Shown here: positions 15,151 through 29,120 of the stretch, in pieces
Layout of the letters: the number at the start of each line of letters is the position of its first letter
Position numbering within the stretch: position 1 is the stretch's first letter
Assembly: GCF_009914755.1 (NCBI RefSeq)
Contig: NC_060932.1
Direction: 5' to 3' (one strand)
Length of the DNA: 64,000 bases
Source of the DNA: the human T2T-CHM13v2.0 reference genome, Homo sapiens
The notes under the pieces: generated by a model
Told to the model about the DNA's origin: nothing
The model's input: only the letters and a program-made list of their open reading frames with translations
Databases searched by the model: none
Translations under genes and position numbers: made by a program

Positions 15151-15808
15151 TTAAATGTAGTTATTAGACTAGAGTGCCTATTGCCTGTTTGATTGATTCT
15201 GCATGAAAACCATTAGTGTGATGGTCTAAATATGAAGAATCAAATAAAAGTAAAGAATATAATATTAATTCATGTTCATAGAAAATGACAATCTTATATA
15301 GAATTGTATACGTTACACACATTCCCTTCCCATTATCATTAAGAACAAATAGTCACTGATTGAAAGAACAGATCTGAAAGAACGAAGTGATCTGAGGGGG
15401 GAGAAGAATGCTGATTTTCTCCTTCACGCTTTTCTTAAAATGGAAATTTGCAGCATGATTTTCTCTGTTATTTTCTCAACTGACTCAAAATTGGTGTTCA
15501 ATAATTTTTTTAGCTTTAAGAAAATATAGTGTATGTTAAGAATAAATGAGTAAATCTAAGCAAATCGGTATGTTTCTCCCAATAAATGAGTTCAGACAAT
15601 CAATCCACATTTCCTGCCTGTAGAATGCTGAATTTCAACTGACTCAAAATCAAGATCAGGGACTATTTTAGGTTATATTAATGTAGAAAAAATGAGAAGG
15701 CAAGTCTCACTAAATTCAACAGAAGATACAGAAGCATTTAAAATAACAAGGACTTCTTTTCAATGACAAGTGAGAACAAGTTTTCCAGTAACTGTGATCT
15801 TAGTAATT

Positions 15809-15899
15809 AATTTTTATATTTTTAGTAGAGACAGGGTCTTTCTATGTTGCCCAGGCTGGCCTCAAACTCCTGGTCTTAAGTAAGCCTCCTGCCTCGGTC
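15809..15899 (-). mobile_element. 5'-truncated Alu monomer (FLAM-like)
   Basis: TTTTAGTAGAGACAGGGTCT...CTGCCTCGG flanked by the exact 13-bp TSD GATCTTAGTAATT (15796-15808, 15900-15912). Confidence 0.85.
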
Positions 15900-16669
15900 G
15901 ATCTTAGTAATTCTGATTGAAAACTTTGGCCGCAGTGGCCTTTACAACACTGGAGGAAGATCCAGCTACTTTCCCGATGTATGGGAGTCCATGTTTTGAT
16001 GCCTGTCAGCCTATGAAATGGTCAAACAAAATTGAACAAAGAAGTGAGCTGATGGTAAGGGAGTCTGGGTTTCCTGATCACTGGGTTTGTCACTGTGAGA
16101 CACCTTGGTAAGTAGAGGAGAATCATAATCTTTTTACCTCACTCTATAGCATTTTCTGCCAGTCATCATGCAACCATATCTAAGATGAAAATACTCCTGG
16201 GCTGAATCTGCAGTTTCTCCTAATTGATAGGCATTGACTGGAAGAAGAACAGATGGTAGGTACTGGGATTAATACCGGTTGAATTTAAGCATTAAGAGTA
16301 GTCAATAAGTTCAGACCTCTTACCTCTCTTTTTGTCTAAATATGTATCGTTGAGGCAAATAATTACACCCATCCCTTCTCCTACATACTAATCAAGTAAA
16401 CTTTTATTAATTCACCTTCAAGTTTGTTCATTGTATTTGAGATGTATTTGCTGAGGCAGAAGCTGAAATAAAACAAGTCCATCATAAAATATACCCTAGG
16501 ATCCATCATTCTCTTATGACGATAATATTTTTAAATTTTTTCACATCTAATTTGGTATTCTGAAGCATCCTGTTGGAAAAAAAAGTTTTTATTTTAAAGT
16601 CTTAACCTCTTAAGGGTTAAGCTTAAAGTCTGAATAAGAATTTGAAACAAAATAGAAACACCCTATTTA

Positions 16670-16800
16670 TAAGCATCAGTTTCCTCATCTTTAAAACAGA
16701 AATATTAACAAATTGGTCACACAGCGTTTCCAAAGGAGTTCATTAGACCCTTTCCTATAGAGTGCTTAGCACGGCTCTTGGGTATAATAAGTCCTTACGA
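16670..16800 (+). mobile_element. MIR
   Basis: TCAGTTTCCTCATCTTTAAAA ... AGTGCTTAGCAC. Confidence 0.7.
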
Positions 16801-17112
16801 AAGTCTGATGTTGGGGGAAAAAGGATCAGGAAAGAAAGCCAGCATTAAAGACTTGTATGGATTCCTATCAGGAAAACTAACTTAATTTCATCCCAGTCTC
16901 CATATTATAGACATGTTTTCCAGAACTCTCTCCTTAGAAGAGTTACAAAAACTTCAGGATTATTGTGCCCTGAAGATCCAGAAATGTGCATGACCACATT
17001 GTTTTGACAATGGTGCCAAGGAACAATCTGGATGGATGAGTTGCAGAGGGAAACCAAGAGTCAAAGACCTGGGCCCACTAGCAAGGGAAGGAAGGGCTCT
17101 TGAAAGAGATCT

Positions 17113-17423
<311 letters not shown>

Positions 17424-18854
17424 GAAAGAGATCCAACAGAGACGTACAAGTGAAGCTTATGGAGAAAGCCAGTGGTGTCCCAGACTTTAGGACTATTTCA
17501 GGAGAAAAAAAAAGTACTTTGGACCACAGAACTTTTGCAGGTGAGAGTTGAGCTGTGTCACGGAATCCTTCATCTTATACTTACTGAGGGAAGCAGCTTT
17601 AATACTCCTAGATCTAATGGGCAGGGATATTTAATGCCTTGGTTTTTTCTCTCCCATAAGGCCAGCATACTGGTATGACCTAGTAAAACCTAGGTTGAGT
17701 GTCCAGAGAAGCACTGCTGGAATATATTCTGCATTGATTTAGGGATCAATGCTAAGACTCAGGAAAAGAGAGTAAGAAAAATTTTTTAAAGCAATAAATA
17801 TTTAATATGAATTTACTGAATTGATAAGAATGGATCCTACTATATGGTTAAATAGTATTACAATGAGGCAATGTGGTCTATTAATAAAACATAGGAGGTG
17901 GCACTGTTCTCTCACTTGGAGCTAGGGCACAAAAAACTCTTACAATCTAAGTATTTTTTTCTTATTGGCCCAAATGTGAATGGTGATGTGTGTGATGCCC
18001 CTGGTCCCTTTTGTACATGACTTGGCTGTGCTCTCTCTGCCAATGTCTGGCTTCCATTACAGTCAAAGTCATTAGTGTACTAGGATTGGGTTCTACCCAT
18101 GCTAAATGAACGTAGTAAGATCTTCAGTTCTACCCATAACTGGCGCTACTACATGCTAAACGATCCATCTATTGCAAGGATGTTACATAAGAAAACAGGG
18201 TCTAAAATTTCTCTGGGTCATTGACGCTCAAATCAGCTCAGAATTTATTTAGCTTCCTAAGGATTTCATGTTTGACTAAAACCAGTCCAAACTGATCTCT
18301 CAACTCATTAATTCAAGGCCTAGCATTCTAAGGCAAGCATAATGAATAGACCAACCTAGCTGTGTCCATTAAGATTCTCATCTTCCTTCTTAAAGAAGAG
18401 ATCATTTGCAATATTCTTTAGGAAATTCAGAGTGCATACTTTTGGAATGAGATAAAAGAGACATATCTTAAAGTCCAGAGAAGAACAGGAAACCCAGCAG
18501 TCTCTTTAAAGCAGGGCTTTTGGAATTTATTTTTTTCCCTCTTTAAAAACAGTAAGTTTTTACCATCCACTAAATACAAGTTTATGTCTGATTTTTTTTG
18601 TTTGTTTAACCCTCTTTGATTAATTATTTTTATATAATATTTCATGCCACATTTATTTAAACTAAAAAAGAAGTTAAGTGAATATTGACGGTTTGGTGGT
18701 TGCTATCTTACAAAGAAAAATTAATATAAACAGGTGGTATTATCTGATTGAGGCAGGGATAATAAATGACCAAATAACAAGAAAACCCATAATACTTGTC
18801 AAAAAGAGGCAGAATTATTTAAATAGAAATGTAAACCCTGGCATACTCATTGTT

Positions 18855-19180
18855 AACACATATTTATTGAACAAGTACTACGTCCCAGAAATTTTGTTGG
18901 ACCCTGTAGACGCAAAAAGTAAGGCATAATCCTGACCTCAGTAGTTTACATTTTAGAGTCAAAATATGCATTAGGAGAATACATGCTCATTAGGAAAAAA
19001 GAAAATTAAACCCCACCATTATGTGTCCTATGGCATAGGTGTGCAGTTTTCGCCACTGAAACATATAATAGGGACATTAAGCTCAGACTGCTATGGAAAA
19101 GGGAGAGTCTTGAGTAAAAAGCAGAATTAACTCAATAAAAAAAGATTATGGGATAGAGGAAGATTTTCTCTATAGAGCAA
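18855..19180 (-). mobile_element. L2 3' end
   Basis: ATATTTATTGAACAAGTACTACGTCCCAG ... CCTGACCTCAGTAGTTTACATTTTAG. Confidence 0.6.
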
Positions 19181-19369
19181 AAGATAAAGACAAAATAAGG
19201 TGGAAATAGAATATATACAAATTTAAGAAACTACAAATAATAATTTAATACGGAAGATGTGAGGACAAGAGAAAAAATATGTACAAATATTTTTGTAATT
19301 TTAGGTGGAGACAAATTTCTAAAATTCTGCTACCACACCATATTAGGCACCAAAGAATGGAGGGGAAGT

Positions 19370-19610
19370 ACATAGACCTTAGAGCCCAACTGCTGTGGTT
19401 CATATCTCAACTAACAAGTGTAACCTGGACGAATAAACTTATGACATCTACACTTCTTTCTATTTCCTTATGTGAAAATTGGTAATAATAAAACAACTTT
19501 TTTTTAGCTGCATGCAATGTTGTTTTGAGGATCAAATGGTTTAATAACTAAAAGTTATCTAGAACAATATCTCATACATAAGTATTTAATAAATGTTAGG
19601 TATTACTAAT
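19370..19610 (+). mobile_element. MIR
   Basis: TTTCCTTATGTGAAAATTGGTAATAATA...TTGAGGATCAAATG...AAGTATTTAATAAATGTTAG. Confidence 0.7.
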
Positions 19611-19764
19611 ATTAAAACTAGAAATCATGAAAAAATGGATATAATTGTGTATAGCACAAAATCAAATTTTATAGACATAAAACTGTACTGGCATGTATTG
19701 ATTGCACAGGATGGGATAACTGAAGGGATTCAGGGCAAAAGACTGAGAAGTTGTCTCAAAACAA

Positions 19765-20365
19765 ATTATTTTTCAGAACAGTTTTAGATTTACAGAATAT
19801 TGAGCAGAAAGTACAGAGTTCCTTTAAAGCCTCTTATCTGCACCCTCCCATTCCAGTTTCTCCCTATTGTTAGTATCTTGCCTTATGTGGTACATTTGGT
19901 ACAAATGATTAGCCAATACTGATACGTTATTATAAATTAAAGTTCACAATTTAGATTAGGTTTCATTCTGTACCTTGTGTGAGTTTTCACACTGTACCAT
20001 GACATGCATCCATCATTATGATATTATACAGAAACATTTCACTGCCCTAAAAATTATCTGTGCTCCATTTATTTATCCCTCCCTTTTCCTTCCAACCCCT
20101 TACTAACTCCTGATTTTTAAAATATTCTCCGTAATTTTATCTTTTCTAGAATGTCATAAAATTAAAACAATACAGTGTGTAGACAGATTGGCTTTTCTTA
20201 CTTAGCAATATGCATTTACAGTTCCCCCATGTCTTTTTGTGACTTGATAGCTCATTGGTTTTTATCACGAAATAATATTCCATTGTATGAGTGACCACAG
20301 TTTGTTTATCCATTCACCTGCTGAAGAACATTTTGGTTGATTCCCAATTTGGGGCATCATAAATA
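19765..20365 (-). mobile_element. L1MC/L1MD-type 3' end
   Basis: AACAGTTTTAGATTTACAGAA..AAAGTACAGAGTTCC; CTTAGCAATATGCATTTA; TTTATCCATTCACCTGCTGAAGAACA. Confidence 0.8.
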
Positions 20366-20475
20366 GTAATTTATTTTTTAGGAGTGTTTTGGGCATAGAG
20401 ATGATTTATTATTAAACTCTATTATATACATTATTACATAATTATTACATATTTTAGTTAACATAATAAAAATAA

Positions 20476-20821
<346 letters not shown>

Positions 20822-21319
20822 CATATTATGGATTCTTAAAAATATATAAGCATATGTACATGTGTTGTATGTATGCGTACACTTATTGGCATGTAACATT
20901 TTCTTGGCATATAGTTAGTGAAAAAAGCCTAGTTGTTACTTTAAAAGAGGGTTCATAACCATTACGATTTTTGTAGATACGTAGGTAGAGATACAGGTAG
21001 ATGGATATGTAGCTAATATCTGAAATTATGTTGACCCAAATGCTTATAATATTTGCCTTGCATTGTAGGTTTAAAATAAATCTTAACTTTCTTCTTTCTT
21101 CTTTTATTTGTAGGATGAATTTTCACCAGTAATTATCCTTTACCTTTGTAAATAAAATTTATTTTTATTAAAAATATTGAAATGTAAGAGAATAAACTAA
21201 GAAAAGAAAGCAGAGAAGATTCCTAAATGGACAAAATATAGAGACTGAAATAATGCTTTTAAATCACAAATTGAATGTTAAATGTTGATGGAGGATGAAC
21301 CTTCCAGAAAAAAAGTTAC

Positions 21320-21440
21320 ATATTAGAATAACATATATATGTTAAAATAACATATATTATATGTAATATGTTATTTTATAAAACATATCAAATATATAAT
21401 ATATGATATATAAATAATACATAAAATATTAACAATATAA
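21320..21440. repeat. AT-rich low-complexity tract
   Basis: Degenerate (TA)n/ATAT repeats. Confidence 0.7.
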
Positions 21441-22053
21441 TGAATTGTTTCCATTAGGTTCTTCTGGAAAATAGTTAAAACCTGAAAAGGAGTGTAAGAT
21501 GACTTGAGGTAAATCCCAATTGCCAGATCTAAAGCTGATGGCTCTGCCTTCTAATAAACTGAAGAACTTTTCTTGGTTTGTGATTAAGAAGACAAAACAT
21601 AACCCTGTGAATTGATTTTTAAAGGAATGTGATGTCAGATCTTCACACATTGACTTTGTCACTGATAAGAAAATTTTATGAGATTTAGTTAATAAATAAA
21701 TTTTTATAACTCATGTAATTAGGAAAGACATTATATGAAAACAAATAAAATACCTACAGAAAGAGATAAAGGGCAATGAGGTGAAACTACTTGAGCAAAG
21801 AAAAGGACAACTTAATGTCTCCCTGACTCATCTTCTCACATCAGATAGCTTTTTATTTCAGAGAACCTTCTTCCTAAACAAGACCATAGAGAAAAATCAG
21901 TGTGTCAAGCAGGAATTTTGTTCCTATTTCCATATTGAGACTACGTAGGAAATAAAACATGAATTAATTTGAAATATATTCAAAATAGCATGAACACGTT
22001 AATCATTTTTAAAAAGAGTTGATGTGAAAAATTAGAATTTTGTAATAAGCCAA

Positions 22054-22441
22054 TGTTGTGGGTTGAGTTGTCATAACTCCTAGTAACTCAGAATGTGACC
22101 TTATTTGGACATAGGGTCTTTACAGAGGTTAGCAAGTTGAAATGAGGTTAGTAGGGTGACCTCTAATCTGATATAACTGGCATCTTTATACAAAGCGACA
22201 ATTTGGAGACAGACACACATAGTAGGGAGATGAGAAGACACAGAGAGAAGACTCCTATCTACAAGACAAGGAGAAGGGTCTGGAACAGATCCTTCCTTCC
22301 CTCAGCCCTCAGAAGGAAACAACCCTGCCAACATCTTGATTTTTGACTTCTAGCCTGTAGCACTGTGAGACAATAAATTTTTGTTATATAAGTAACTCAG
22401 ATTGTGGTACCTCATTTTGACAGCCCTAGCATATTAATACA
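22054..22441 (+). mobile_element. MLT1B/C-type MaLR solo LTR
   Basis: TGTTGTGGGTTGA...GAATGTGACCTTATTTGGA...CAGCCCTAGCATATTAATACA; exact TSD GCCAA. Confidence 0.9.
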
Positions 22442-23046
22442 GCCAATATAAAAATTTACCTTGAAATTTTAAAGGATATAGAGTTTTTTTTAAAAGGCAA
22501 ACGAACCCCTCCCCCCAAAACTTTCCACCAGTTCTGAAGCATAATCAGTTTTCAGAAATAATCTACCAAACATTTTGATTTTTTTAGATATATTATTTTA
22601 CTTTTTATGCAATTCTCTAAAATATAAAGGCCACTATCCAAGAAAAAAAGGTTACAAACACAATTAGATAGGAAGATATGGATTATCTGTAACTAATTCC
22701 TTACAAATAGGCAAAGCATTTTGAGAAAAAAAATAGCGTTCTATAAGCTGAAGATTACAAACATAAAGAAAAAAAGTACATAACCAAGGGCAACTAACTC
22801 CAAAATGTAATATCTTCCCGAGGAAACTAGTAAAACTGTTGTCGCTTTTACAATCTTAGCACATAGGTGCCTTTGAGTATTTCCACTGCCTCCCCTCAGG
22901 ATATATCTCCTTAATAAACCACAACAGATAGCATTAAGTGGATACCAGAGATCTTCAGCAGGCTTCTCTGCATTTTTGAAGTTAGATAATGGCATTTCAA
23001 ATACACATTGAGTTGCACATTAGATAATTTTTTAAATGTCCATTGA

Positions 23047-23068
23047 CACACACACACACACACACACA
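23047..23068. repeat. (CA)n microsatellite
   Basis: About 11 AC units. Confidence 0.95.
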
Positions 23069-23215
23069 TCCTCAAGTAATTATGAAACAAGCATTTACTA
23101 GCTCAAGTCAAAGACAACAAAACACCTCAACTAAAAGGATAAAAGGAACCCCATATTCAGAGTAACTGAAATGGGAAAAACAAAGCTGAAATCATTGAAC
23201 TATATAAAGTGTCAT

Positions 23216-23593
23216 TGATAGGGTTTGGCTGTGTCCCCACCCAAAATCTCACCTTGAATTGTTTATTTCCATAATTCCCACATGTCAAGGGAGAGACCAG
23301 GTGGAGGTAACTGAATCATACGGGTGGTTTCCCCCATGCTGTTATTGTGATATTGAGTGAGTTCTCACAAGGTCTGACGGTTTTATAAGTGTGTAGTAGT
23401 TCCTCCTGGGTTCATTCTACTGCCTGTCGCCTGTGAAGAAGGTGCTTTGCTTCCCCTTTGCTTTCCGCCATGATTGTAAGTTTCCCAAGGCCTCCCCAGC
23501 CATGCTCAACTGTGAGTCAATTAAACCTCTTTCCTTCATAAATTACCCAATCTTGGGCAGTTCTTTATAGCAGTGTGAAAATGGACTAATACA
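23216..23593 (+). mobile_element. THE1 (C/D-like) MaLR solo LTR
   Basis: TGATAGGGTTTGGCTGTGTCCCCACCCAAA ... AATGGACTAATACA; exact TSD GTCAT. Confidence 0.93.
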
Positions 23594-23864
23594 GTCATTT
23601 CATGAAATTATGGCTGTGGAGTCATAGCATATTTTTGGTAAAAGGTGTCCTTAATCTCATCTCAATGGGATAATATCAACTCAACATTTATTGATTCAGA
23701 AAATGCAATTTTTTGCTTAACTCCACACCACTGCCAAAGATTTCCTTGTTTGAACTTACAAATAAGTTATCCGTAGAAGAGACTACAAGGCATTCATACA
23801 AAATCATTTTTAAGAGACTTTCATATACATATGATTGCTATGCAGAACATAAGGTGTGTTACCA

Positions 23865-24117
23865 CCAAGGCAGGCGGCTCAATTGAGCCCAGGAGTTTGA
23901 GACCAGCCTGGGAAACATGGCCAGACCCCACCTGTACAAAAAATACAAACATTAGCCAGGCATGGTGGCGACCCCCTTTAGTCCCAGCTACTCGGGAGGT
24001 TGAGGTGGGAGGATCACTTGAGCTCAGGAAGCAGAGGCTGCAGTGAGCCACGATGGTTCCACTGCACTCCAGCCTGGGTGACAGAGTGAGACCCTGTCTT
24101 AAAAAAAAAAAAAAAAA
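23865..24117 (+). mobile_element. Alu (AluJ-like), 5'-truncated
   Basis: TTGAGCCCAGGAGTTTGAGACCAGCCTGGG; GGAGGATCACTTGAG; A tail. Confidence 0.92.
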
Positions 24118-24149
24118 GAGACAAGAGATCAGGAAGAGCCTAGAAGGTA

Positions 24150-24385
24150 TGGGCCAAGAGCCTAGATTAATGTATTAGAAAGGCATTGGAGAGTTTAAAC
24201 ATGGGAATAATATTCTCTGATTTATGTTTTTAAGATATCGTCTTTCATGTTCTGAGGAGAATGGATTGTAAGGGGGTGGGGAATGGACATCAATTAGAAC
24301 AGTGTTTTATTCACTGCTCCACGTTCAGTGGTTAGCATAGAACAGGTGCTCAGTATTTGTAAAATCACTAAATGAATGAATTCCT
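24150..24385. mobile_element. L2 fragments (one antisense, one sense 3' end)
   Basis: TGATTTATGTTTTTAAG..GAGAATGGATTGTAAGGG and TATTCACTGCT...CAGGTGCTCAGTATTTG..AATGAATGAAT. Confidence 0.55.
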
Positions 24386-25837
24386 TGATAGCAAGTGGTT
24401 TTACGAACAATCTATGGAATTGTATGTTTAAGAATGAGTAGTATTTTTAAGTGTATCAAGCCTATCTCTATATACGTTGCATAAGTACCAGGACATCTTT
24501 GGTAATGTGGAGAAGTCATGTGAGCAATGCCAATTAACTCTCCTGTTGGCAAAAATATACCAAAGAAAATAAAAACAAAAAACAGGAAGAACATGACCAA
24601 AATACAACAGCAATGTACAAGACCTATGAGTCAGAGGGAGCAGCATGTGAATTTTTAAGTGACTATTACACGTCTCTGAAATTATGAGTCTGCTCTCTAT
24701 GTGTCCCTGGGGATAAAACAACTTCTCTGTTAATAATGATTAAAATAGAAAGCATAATTTATCTCATTAAAATTTATTTAACAATCATTCAGCCACTAAA
24801 AAGATGACTAAAACCCAGTCCCTATAGTCCGCATCTAGCTAAGGTTAGTGACACCTCCAGACCCGGTCACCAGGGGCTCGCCTCCTGTGTCCCAAGCCTT
24901 ATAAAGTTCACAAGCTCTGAAACATAAGGACTTTAAAAGATGGTCTTGTGAGAAAGTTATGGAACCATTTAGCAACCTATTGAACCAAAAGAAAATGCCG
25001 GAGAGCAGAAGTGTACCTCCCCCGGCAGTAGGATGGGGGGCACTGGGTGAGGAAAATGAAGATGAGTGGGGAGGTGTTAAGAGTGGCCAGAGAGAGGATG
25101 ACGATGTCTTTTACATCCAACCACCCCAAATTCCCCAGTGCAGGTATCTAAGCCGGCCATCTCCCAAGATCATCCTGTTTCTGCCCTCCCCTCAGGCCCG
25201 GTGGCAGTTGTTTGGGAGGCATTTAGAATTGCCTGGAAAACCTGTTTAAAAAGGGAAGTTGGAAGGATGGAAAAAGACCTGGCTCCCAGCCCCACATCCT
25301 GGTTCAGTCAGTTCTCACCCTAGGCCCAGGCCACCTTTATTCTACTCTGCCCCAGCCAATAATGGGTACCCTTGAGGCTCACAGGCTGCAGGGCTAGAGG
25401 GAGATGAGAGGTGGTAGAAGTTGCACTTTTAGCTTTAGCCTGACCAGGATGAGGGTGATGCTCGTGGAGCTGTCTGCAGGGCCTCGGGCTGAACCCAGTC
25501 TGGGCGTGAGAGATAATTTAGAACTTTAAATATTTCAAATGTAAAGATATGAATATCTTTCTTTGCACTCATAAACAATCAATGAGCCTACTAAGGCGAC
25601 TGGAGAAAAATGATCTTAATAAAACGTAATCAGATGAAACTGCATAAAAAAGCTGCACAGGGTGCAGAATATGTCAAAAGTGATGGTGAATCATAGCTGC
25701 CCCGCTTAATAGAGCTTTTAACTTTTGGAACGCACATTGCCTTTCTGGGTGTCCATTTCTTTCACTGTATGGTGGTAGAAACAATATCTGCTTCACACAG
25801 TGTGGGGCTGAGGATTGCTATCACAAGGCTGATACCA

Positions 25838-26203
25838 TGTATTAGTCTGTTTTCATGCTGCTGATAAAGACATACCCGAGACTGGGCAATTTACAAAAGA
25901 AAGAGATTCATTGGACTTACTGTTCCACATGGCTGGTGAGGCCTCACAATCATGGCAGAAGGCAAAGAGGAGCAAGTCACATCTTACGTGGATGGCAGCA
26001 GGCAAAGAGAGGGCTTCTGCAGAGAAATTACCGTTTTTCAAACCATCAGATCTCATGAGACCCATTCACTGTCACAAGAACAGCAGGGGAAAGACCCGCC
26101 CCCATGATTCAGTCATCTCCCACCCGGTCCCTCCTACAACATGTAGGAATTATGGCAGCTACAGGATGAGATTTGGGTGGGGACACAGAACCAAACCCTA
26201 TCA
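25838..26203 (-). mobile_element. THE1 (B/C-like) MaLR solo LTR
   Basis: TGTATTAGTCTGTTTTCATGCTGCTGATAAAGACATACCCGAGACTGGG ... CCAAACCCTATCA; exact TSD TACCA. Confidence 0.93.
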
Positions 26204-26709
26204 TACCACTAGCCCAGATACTGTGCTTGGTGCGTATGACTATGGCCACTAGTGCCACCTCCCCTAATATTGGTGCTATGGGAAATGATGGGAGAGAAGT
26301 TCATTTTTCCCTGGGGTCTGAAGTCATGGAAGTCTTCAAAGAAAAGAGGTCACTTAATGTTGTCTTAAAAAGCTTTAGAAGAGAAATAAAATGAGCAAAA
26401 CTCTGAAGTATGCAAAATGCATGTGATTAAACTTAGGGTTGATTGCGGGGCTAGTGTGGAAGTTAAAAGAATCACTGGTGTGTGAAATGACATTTTTATA
26501 ACATATAACATTAAGATAATACCACGTGGGCAACTAGATATTATTAAAACTTGTAAAATAATAGTAATAATTTAACTGAGAAATTGTTTTAGAAAGATAA
26601 TTTCCACCTCAGGTGGACTTCTCCAAAAATAATTGTCTAGAATCAACCATTTTCCGAATGGTGAAACCATCACGGCACCTACATCAGAGTCCCTAAAAGG
26701 TGCCTTCCC

Positions 26710-27010
26710 GGCCAGGCGCGGTGGCTCACGCCTGTAATCCCAGCAGTCTGGGATGCCGAGGCGGGCGGATCACGAGGTCAGGAGATCGAGATCATCCTGG
26801 CTAACACGGTGAAACCCCGTCTCTACAAAAAATACAAAAAATTAGCCGGGCGTGGTGGCGGGCGCCTGTAGTCCCAGCTACTCGGGAGGCTGAGGCAGCA
26901 GAATGGTGTGAACCCAGGAGGCGGAACTTGCAGTGAGCCGAGATCGCGCGACTGCACTCCAGGCTGGGCGACAGAGCGAGGCTCCGTCTCAAAAAAAAAA
27001 AAAAAAAAAA
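26710..27010 (+). mobile_element. AluY
   Basis: GGATCACGAGGTCAGGAGATCGAG..CTGGCTAACACGG; CpG-rich; TSD AAAAGGTGCCTTCC. Confidence 0.95.
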
Positions 27011-28239
27011 AGGTGCCTTCCTAAGAGAAAAAATAATGATGCCAATGGGTTGAAGTGGGAGTGGAACAATTATGTCCAGGTAAAACCCAAGAGTTATTTG
27101 TAGGATGTACAGCTGAGTGCGATATTTACATTTGGTTCCTTTGGTTTACAATTATGGTCACAGTTAATTTCCATATACTTTGTGTTTCAGACCTGATACC
27201 AATAAGTTTTCTATTTTAGACTCTTTACAACAGTAAAATTAAAATATTAGAAACTCAAAAGCAAGTAATTTTACTGTGATTGCAGTAGATATGTAAACAG
27301 CAAAATATCTAAAATTGCCAAGAACACGTGTGTGGTTTGGTTCCTAGAGCATTTCAGTTGGATTGGATTTCAGAGATTTGTAAATACTATAGATTTTAAT
27401 GAAAGCAGTTTTGTTGCCTTTTGCTCCTCTGGTGGAAGTAAGTTGCTTCCTATTTTATTTACTTTTCCTTTTCACATTCCATTTTACATAGTTTAAGCCC
27501 TAGGTTTCAAGTATAGAAAGAAAGTAGCAAAGAGAAAGAGAGGGAAGAAAGAATACTTAGGACTTCAGTGCTTAAGTTTTACAACCCACTGGTTTTGAAT
27601 AATTTATTGTCTATAATATAAGACCCTTGGCTGTTTTCTAAGCACTGGATGCCAAACAGCAGATACGAGTAACAAAGTCCAACTCATTTTTATCACAACT
27701 TTATTGTCCCTCTGTGGCACTTTTCTTGGCATTTTATTGCTTTTCCACTTTTGTCCAAGCTAATAAAAGGGTCTGATACTTCTTTCCTAGCTAAACAGTC
27801 CAGCAGCAACTGTGAGGATAATAAAAAAGATGATTTATCATGCATTTGGATAATTTCTTGAAGCAGGTTTAGAATTGTCTCATAAGTCTCAAGCTAATGT
27901 GAAATAACATAATTCACACAATCTTAACACTGGAGTCGAATTGAGATAGAAGTCTAGCACAAAAGTACCCTGTTAGATCCAGGGGGAGTGATGCCTAAAT
28001 CATTCTAAAGAAAATTATTCTCTATCTTTTGCAAAATAAAATGAAAGGAAAATATTTTAGAAAGTTTTGCCAATATGTGAACAGATATTAGAAAGTCAAG
28101 GAAATGTACTATCCAACATAGGAAATATTTTTTCTGGGACAACATGATATGTCATGGTAAATCCTAACAAAACAGGACTTGCCATTCTAACTGATATGCA
28201 TTTCCAAATATGTAACTATAGTTCTCCTTTCCCCTCTTG

Positions 28240-28735
28240 TGCCCATATAGTTCCTTCTGCACATATCATTTTCCTACTTAAAATTCCTCAGTGGCATCTT
28301 ATTGTAATTGGAATTTATATCCAATATTCAACCACGTCTATAAAACCTACGTGATCCATTTTGTTTGTGCTTTCCTTACCTTGACTGTTGTCGCTAAGAC
28401 TGTTCTAGCTATTGTGGTCTTTTTCTGTTCCTTGAATTAGTCAAGCTGATATTTGCCACAGTTCTTTGTATTATTTCTGTGTGAATTACAGTTCTTCCAG
28501 GACTTTGCATGACCCCTTTCTTTTTCTTATTCAAGACCCTCTCAAACATGAGGACTCTCTGACCACCCAGAAGCCTTCCTGCCCCCTCAGTTCTCAGGCT
28601 CTTTCTATCTCATTGCTTTGCTTACTTTTTTTTGGTCATACTTAACACTAAATGAACTTTTCTCATTCATTTACTTGTCTGGATTAAAATATCCACTAAA
28701 TTAGGGCCATTGTCTACATGGTCTTCTGCTGAATC
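28240..28735 (+). mobile_element. L2 fragment
   Basis: TCATTTTCCTACTTAAAATTCCTCAGTGGC; CTGTTCCTTGAA; GAGGACTCTCTGACCACCC. Confidence 0.6.
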
Positions 28736-28739
28736 ACAG

Positions 28740-28781
28740 GCACCCCTAATCTGAACCACAAGCACCCCTAATCTGAACCAC
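28740..28781. repeat. 22-bp-period tandem duplication GCACCCCTAATCTGAACCAC x2
   Basis: Exact 20-bp copies separated by AA. Confidence 0.9.
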
Positions 28782-29120
28782 CGCATCATGTTTACTTGCC
28801 AAAGAATAGCTACATTAGTGAGTGAGTGGGTGGATATTATATTGCTCTGCTCGGCAGGGTCTATAAAAGCCTCTACACAAACTTAAAACTACAATGAGGT
28901 GATGGGAAAATGAAGATCATATTCAAATGTGGCAACCAATTTAATTTGTAAGTGCTAAAATACTAGAGTCAAAAACAAGGAATTTTAAGATGAGTGCATT
29001 CTACGAGCTAGTATTTTCTTTCATTCATTCGTTTATTACGTATACATACATAGAATGATATTCATTAAAAGTATACTAAAATGTTATAAAAGGGGGTGGA
29101 CAAGAAGCATAGCTTTGAAT

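Noticed and set aside
24959-25249. 96-aa ATG-initiated ORF in the GC-richer island
   Set aside because: No recognisable domain or splice structure; length is compatible with chance.
23216-26203. Two THE1 LTRs as the ends of one provirus or composite element
   Set aside because: They are in opposite orientation and each has its own TSD (GTCAT, TACCA), so they are independent solo LTRs.
28855-28875. TATA-box-like CTATAAAAG
   Set aside because: Expected by chance in AT-rich DNA; no CpG island, initiator context or downstream exon that I can support.
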